A stretch of DNA of 64,000 nt from the IMG/VR virus record IMGVR_UViG_3300037400_002261, positions 32,001 to 96,000 of that record. One strand, written 5' to 3'. This document shows, in pieces, positions 57,652 to 64,000 of this stretch. Both the position numbers and the translations under genes were made by a program. The notes under the pieces were generated by a model that was not told the origin of the DNA, did no database searches, and saw only the letters and a list, made by a program, of their open reading frames with translations. Position 1 is the first letter of the stretch; each line of letters opens with the position of its first letter. The stretch comes from a virus (lineage: Duplodnaviria; Caudoviricetes).

Positions 57652-60600
57652 AGCCCAAAAGAAAATATATTTATGTAGACCAAATGGTAAAATACTTACA
57701 TAGCTTAATGGTGTTGATACTGAATCGGTTGAATACGGTGTTCATGTAAAAGATTTTAATGATATATCATTTACTGTGTAGAGATATATTCTTGTTGATG
57801 GTGAACAAGTTGAAACTAATGGCTATAATGATCTTCATGTTGGAATGAATATTCTTCTTGAAGGAAAAGATATGTTTTAGATACAAGAGCCTACTATTTC
57901 TAATGATGGTGTTAAAGAATATAAAACTGTAAAAGGTTATTCTCTTGAACATGAATTTATGGAGAAAAGTTGGATTGGATTAAAAGTTAATACTGGCGAA
58001 GACGGTTCACTTGAATATCAATCAAAATCTAATCTTGATGATTTTGGATTTTCAAAACAGTACGTCACATTTTATAAGCCTAATAATTCTGGACAAACGG
58101 AATATTCGCTTATTCACCGTATTCTTGAGAAAGTACCAGGCTGGTCTGTAGACGATAAGGATATAGATGGTGTTCTTTATGATAAGAAGATTAAGATTGA
58201 TGAAGAGAATATAAATCTTTATGCTTTATTAACATCAGTGATTGCACCAAAGGCAGAATGTATATTCTTGTTTGATACTATTAATAAAAAGATAAAAGCT
58301 GTTGCTAAAGAAAGTCTTGATGCTACGTATTATGATACTAATATATTTGTTTCAATGAGAAACTTAGTCAGAACTTTAGATGTTTAGACAAATGAAGATT
58401 CGGTATATACTGTATTTAATGTTTCTGGTGAAGATGATTTAAATATCAGATATGTAAATTATAATGATAGATATATTTATGACTTATCTTATTTTATGGC
58501 TGAACCGTGGATGAACCAAACACTCATTGATAAAATAGCGGCTTGGTAGCAATGGCGAGAAGATAATCATGATTTATATATTTAGAAATCAAAGCAAGTC
58601 GAAGAACTGAATGATCGAATTTATATGATTACCTATCAAACTCCCAATGATGGTGATGATTGGTAGCAATGGGATACAATGAGTTTGGAAGGATTGAATG
58701 GAGCATATAGAATGTTCTATGCATATTTAGTTGCTATTCTTGCAAGTGCTGATGGTGACCCATCTTATGATGAAAATGGTGATTATATTATTCGCCGTAA
58801 CGGTGCTGGCGAAATAGATGATGATTATTATAAACCGAGATTATTATCTGACTCTCTTGGATACTACACATATTATGAAATAAAAACTTATATTCTTCCA
58901 AATATTCAAATAGCAGTTGATAATAAGGCTAAGGTAGAAGATAAAAAAACTGATTATGTTAAAGAATATGAAACTAATTGGGAATTATATGGGTTGAATC
59001 TTCTTGACGAAAAGAAGAAACAAATTTCAGATTAGATATTAAATTTAGCTGATTATGAAAAAAATTGGGATGATATGACTAATCAAGAAAAAGCACAATA
59101 TAATGAGATGTCATACAAAACACATCATCAATAGCTTATGGAACGTATTGAATGGTATGATGGTTTGGTTGAGAGGGAAGATGAACTTAATGAAGAAAAG
59201 GCATCTATTTAGAATTAGATTGATGCCCTTAAACCCGAACTTGAAGAGTTTAGAAACAAGGCTTTAATCACACACAGTGATTGGGGTCTTACCGAGGATG
59301 AACTTGAATTATTTAATATCCTTTGTAAATATACTGATTACACAAATAGTAATATAGTGACTACTTCTCTCACAACAACTACGAGTAAGTTTGAGAACCA
59401 AGAGGAATTATATAAAGACTCTGTATCAAAACTTTCTGAAGTTTCTTAGCCACAATATAGTTTTAATGTAGATATTGATAATTTCTTTGATATACCTGAG
59501 TTCGCAGCTTGGAAAGAAAAATTCCATCTATTGAGATTTATGAGAGTTGGAATTCGTGATGATTATTCTGTTAAGTTGAGACTTATTGGATATACTACAA
59601 ATCCTTGTGAAATTGACCCGATGTTAACTGTAGAATTCTCTAACTTTATTACATCAAAATCTGGAAGAAGTGATCTTACAGAATTGTTATAGTTGGAAAG
59701 TGGTTCTTCAAGTCCAAACTCTATATCAATTGGTAAAGGTAATGCTAGTGATGCCGAAGAATATGCCACAAATTTATTTTATATGTTATCTAAAAGCGGA
59801 ATGTTTAAATCTGGTGCTAGTAATACTGCAAGTGGAACTACTAATTCTACATTCTCTGGTGTTAGTACTGCTAATCTTATTAATCTTTATACAACAACTG
59901 GATATATTACTGATGCTGTTATGAGTGAAGCTAAAGTAACTGACTATCTTGATGCTGTTAAAGTTAATGCCGCCACGGTTTAGGCGGGAACTGTTATTGC
60001 CGACAGAATTCTTCTTAAAGGTAATGGGAGTGGAATCCTTTATTAGTTAAATAATCTTGGTGGTCTTGAGAGCGAAAATATGAGTACGCTTGATGGATTT
60101 ATATTAACTGATCGTACTATTCTTGCTGATAAGATTGTTGCGGATACTATTACGGCACGAGAAATTACAACTGACAAGTTACGTGGTACTGGTGGATGGA
60201 TTAATCTTAGAGATGGTTCATTTTGGTATGGGCGAGGTGCTTATACTAATAATGATAATTTTGTAAGTTATAAAGAAGATCCAGTTGAAAAAGCTGCCGA
60301 GGAAGCATTAGCCGCACAGATAAATAATAGTGATAATTCTATTTCTTGGATAAACGGTGTTTTAAATATTGATGGTATTATTACTGCTAGGGATGGTGGA
60401 GATATTGGTGGTTTCAAGGTTTCAACTACTGCCAATATTGGCACTACTGCATAGGGTGGGCATCGATTCCCGAAATCTCTCTATCACCAAACAAGTGATA
60501 ATACTTATGAATATGAGACTGGTATTACTGATGGATTAATTAGCGGAAACCTTCTCCCAACTCAAAAGGCATTTTATATTAAGAGAATTGCTAAAGGTGC

Positions 60601-61936
60601 TGCTTGGTCAACTGCTACCGATTCAGCTGATGCTGCTACAAATTCTGATATGTTTTATGTAAGACATGACGGTAAATTATATGCTAAAGATGCAGATATA
60701 GAGGGTAAAATAACAGCCACATCTGGTAGTTTTTCTGGTACTATTACAGCTAAGTCTGGATATATTGGGTATCTAAATGAATCGAATAAAGGTTGGTATA
60801 TTAGTACTGGTGCAATATATTCTGGCCCAACATCTGTTACTGATGCTAAAGCTGGAACATATATTGGTACAGGTGGTATATAGAATTATTAGAGTAGTAC
60901 ATCTTATGTAAGAATAACTGGTGGTAAAATTACTGCTAATAATGCAGATATAAAAGGAACTATTGATTCAATTAATGGAAATATAGGTGGTTTTAAAATA
61001 GAAGAAAAATCTTTAAGTAATGGCAACATTAGAATATAGACTGTTAATACTACCGATCATAAAATTGGTATTTGGTAGTATTAGGATGGATATGCGACTG
61101 AAAATCCACCTGAACATTACTCTAATTTATATTACGGTGGATTAATAGTTGAAAATGGAACTAATAATTGGATGGAAATAAATGGCATGACAGGAACTAT
61201 AAATTGTAGTAGTTAGATTTTATGTGGCTCAATTTTATGTACTGGTGAAGCAAGTATTGGTGGTAGTATAAAAGAAGGAGGAACTGCTCTTTCAGATAAG
61301 TATGCTCCAAAATCCCATACACATCCTTACGTTTCAACCAGTGGTAATGGTACTATTAATGGCAATTTAACTATTAATAATACACTATAGTCTAATGGTA
61401 CATTAAAACTTACTGCGGACGCTGATAATACAAAATGTACAATTAATTATAGTGGTAATGGTAATTTTTATACTGTTATTCCTGGTACTCAAAATAATCT
61501 TGGAGTGCCAGATTATAGATGGAATATTGTATATACAAATAATGGTGTTAATAGTGATTCAGATAAAAAACTTAAAGATAATATAAATGAACTATCATTT
61601 GCTACGGATTTGATTATGTCACTTAATCCAATAACATTTATGTGGAAAAAAGGCGATCACCGAAGAAAGCGAATGGGATTTATAGCTCAAGATGTAGCAA
61701 TTGTTTGTAATAATATAGGAGAAAATTTATCTTTAGTAACTGCCTCATATAAAGATAAACCAGAGGGCGAAGACGGGTATTTTGGTGAAAGTGTCGATGA
61801 TGAATTACTTAATTGGAGTCTTTCATATGAGTAGTTAATAGCCCCTACAATAAAGGTCGTACAAGACCTTTATAACCAAGTCCAACAACTTAACCAAGAA
61901 ATTAAACAACTCAAACAACAATTACAAGAGAGATAA
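57644..61936 (+). CDS. tail spike/central fibre (Tal, YomG-like; 1,430 aa) with C-terminal peptidase S74 intramolecular chaperone; TAG=Gln
   Basis: Single frame interrupted only by TAG. IYLCRPNGK N-terminus, G.IGGF repeats, HTH metal motif, SDKKLKDNI...GFIAQDV...LSYE[TAG]LIAPTIKVVQDL. Confidence 0.88.
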
Positions 61937-61979
61937 CTCTCTTATTATAAATATTATGATTAAAAGGAGATATTAAATT

Positions 61980-62483
61980 ATGAAGAAAGAATTATTTTTA
62001 ATTGAAGCGATCAATATTACAAGTTTTTATAACAATATGGCAGAAGAGAAAAAGAATGCTCTTCCACTTAAAGTATATTATGGATTAAAGAAAGTCGTAA
62101 ACAAACTTCAAGGTGATGTTAAACAATTTGAAGAAGTTCGTGACGAAGAAATCAAGAAAATCCGTGATATCTATTTCTCAGAAGAAAAGAGCGAAGAAAC
62201 TGCTATTCCGAGAGTGGACGAAAATGGCGAACCTGTTCTGGATGAAAACGGCAATCAGTTAACAGATACTGGTCGCAAGGTTAAAGATGAATACATTGAT
62301 GAATACAAAATCGCAATGGACACATTAAATGAGAAGCTTCAAGAAATCGCAATGGAGAAAAATACATATGAATATAATTGGGTAGATATTGGTGAGATGG
62401 TCGAGAATCTCCCAGATGATACCCCGCTTGAAAGGAGCGATATTGATATATTAGATGCTATATTCGAAGAAACTGCTGACTAA
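61980..62483 (+). CDS. hypothetical acidic protein following the tail spike
   Basis: AAGGAG RBS; 167 aa; no TAG. Confidence 0.8.
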   Translation: MKKELFLIEAINITSFYNNMAEEKKNALPLKVYYGLKKVVNKLQGDVKQFEEVRDEEIKKIRDIYFSEEKSEETAIPRVDENGEPVLDENGNQLTDTGRKVKDEYIDEYKIAMDTLNEKLQEIAMEKNTYEYNWVDIGEMVENLPDDTPLERSDIDILDAIFEETAD

Positions 62484-62510
62484 GACTGAGAACTTCTCGG
62501 TCTTCTTTTT
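62482..62510 (+). terminator. terminator-like hairpin
   Basis: AAGACTGAGA/TCTCGGTCTT followed by CTTTTT. Confidence 0.6.
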
Positions 62511-62529
62511 ATGAGAAAGGAAAAAACGA

Positions 62530-64000
62530 ATGGATATTAATGTTAACTTATCTCATCAAACAATGAGGGTTGCAACAGATCTTAAAAAGTTAGTCGCTGG
62601 TACTTAGAAGTTTGTCCGTTTCGTTTTCAAACTGCCTAGTGAGTGGGATGATTTTGATGTTATAACTGCATAGTTTGCCCAGAATGGAAAAGCAAAATAT
62701 GATTAGCTTGATGAAAACCATGCAGTTTATCTCCCATCTGAACTTAAACCTGGCGATTTTACTTTGTTAATATATGGCACAAAAAACAATGGTGAAATTC
62801 GTGCAACGGTAAATGCTCTCTAGCTTACTCTTACTCCAGATGCTTATATCTCTAACGCTAGTGAAGTCACATTCACCGAGAATATGTATGATTAGCTGGT
62901 TCAGATTATTTCTGGTATTGTTGATCATGAGAATCCGATTACAAAGGGTGAAATCTAGGGATGGGTATATGATGATGCTGTTGCGATTCTGCACGATTTT
63001 CTTGAAAGCGGAGATTTGACTGGATTGACTATTTTGCCGAAGACAATTGAGAAACAGCATCTTAATGATGAACTTCAAGCATCTATTGATCGTGCCGACT
63101 CTGCACTTTAGTATATTCCAGATGGTAGTATTACAAGGTCTAAAGTAGATTCCGAGATTGAGGGTATTTTCACTAAAGTTGAAAACCTTGAAATGGTTAT
63201 TCCAGACGCTTCTGTGCCGAGGTCTAAAGTAGACGCAGATTTTGAAGCTACTCTAGTAAAAGCTGATTCTGCGATGCAACCAAGTATATATGATCCAAAC
63301 AATCATGCTACGGATGTTTTTGCTTATACCGATTCAAAGATAGATACTGTTATTACTCCAATTCAGACTACGGTTTCTGGAATGCGTTCTGAGATTTCTA
63401 GTGCATATGTTGTTGATGGAACTACGTATGATAATCTTAGCGGTTCTGTTAATGGTGCGCTCACTAAAGCAAAATCATATACGGATATTAAACTGGCTGA
63501 TTATACTCCATATGATGTTTCTATCATTTCTACTCTTCCACCAGTTAATCTTGGAAAAGATAGAACTTTCTATTTAATTCCTAAAGATTCTGGAAATGGA
63601 TATGATAAATGGTGGTTGGTAGAAAGACAAGACCATACGAAAGTCTGGGATAATTGGGGCGGTTCTGCAACTTTGATTGTAGATGAACTTCCGCAAGAGG
63701 GAGATGTAGATGCCGACTACATTCTTGTAGCAAATGGTGAATATAAATATTATAAATATATTGACGGCGAATGGGCAATGATTGCTGGTGGTAGTGCTGA
63801 GATATTAACTATACCACTTGAAGGCGATCATATTATTATGTTAAGACATGGCGAACCAACTGACGAAGTTAGTGAAGATGATGTTACTAATGGATTAGTA
63901 TATCTTGATATTGATACTATGGATTACTATATTGCTGATGAAACTACTGATTAGGAAACGGAATAGGTTGTTCGTTCTTGGAATAAAGAAGGAAATCTTG
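62530..64000 (+). CDS. baseplate/tail fibre protein (BppU-like N-terminus), 3'-truncated; TAG=Gln
   Basis: LVAGT[TAG]KFVRFVFKLPSEWD...TA[TAG]F; frame is open to the window end with only TAG interruptions. Confidence 0.75.

Noticed and set aside
313-63778. Other minus-strand and off-frame short ORFs in the track
   Set aside because: They overlap well-supported + strand genes and have the F/I/L/S-rich composition of shadow frames.
7447-64000. Degraded, pseudogenised prophage as the explanation for fragmented ORFs
   Set aside because: Interruptions are almost all TAG at Gln-compatible positions, frames and catalytic motifs are intact, and a matching CUA tRNA is present. Decay would give a mix of TAA, TGA and frameshifts.

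Overview
This window is 64 kb of an AT-rich, SPbeta-like large siphophage or prophage. The strong AGGAGG Shine-Dalgarno sites suggest a Firmicutes/Clostridia host. All credible genes are on the + strand. The supplied ORF track is fragmented because the genome switches genetic code inside the window. Positions 1-7021 encode the C-terminus of a YonO-like single-subunit RNA polymerase, HU, PIN-PhoH, ClpP and YonK/YonJ-like proteins; they contain no in-frame TAG and end only in TAA/TGA. At 7099-7171 there is an amber-suppressor tRNA (anticodon CUA) with Gln identity elements. From the first gene after this tRNA cluster to the end of the window, TAG is read as Gln (translation table 15). Re-translation restores an intact late module: terminase small and large subunits, portal, prohead protease/scaffold, capsid proteins, head-tail proteins, major tail protein, a tyrosine recombinase, a secreted Ig+matrixin protease, RusA, a six-gene Gln/Asn/Gly/Cys-rich cassette, a single 24,933-nt (8,310-aa) tape-measure gene, Dit, a 1,430-aa tail spike with an S74 chaperone, and a baseplate/fibre protein that runs off the window. 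The tape-measure gene has about 160 in-frame TAGs and three tandem ADP-ribosyltransferase-like domains. The most notable system is a phage RNA polymerase plus a terminator-preceded suppressor tRNA sitting exactly at the code boundary, upstream of a late operon that delivers a giant tape-measure protein carrying putative effector domains. Family assignments come from motif recognition and synteny recalled from memory, not database searches. Codon counts are manual.
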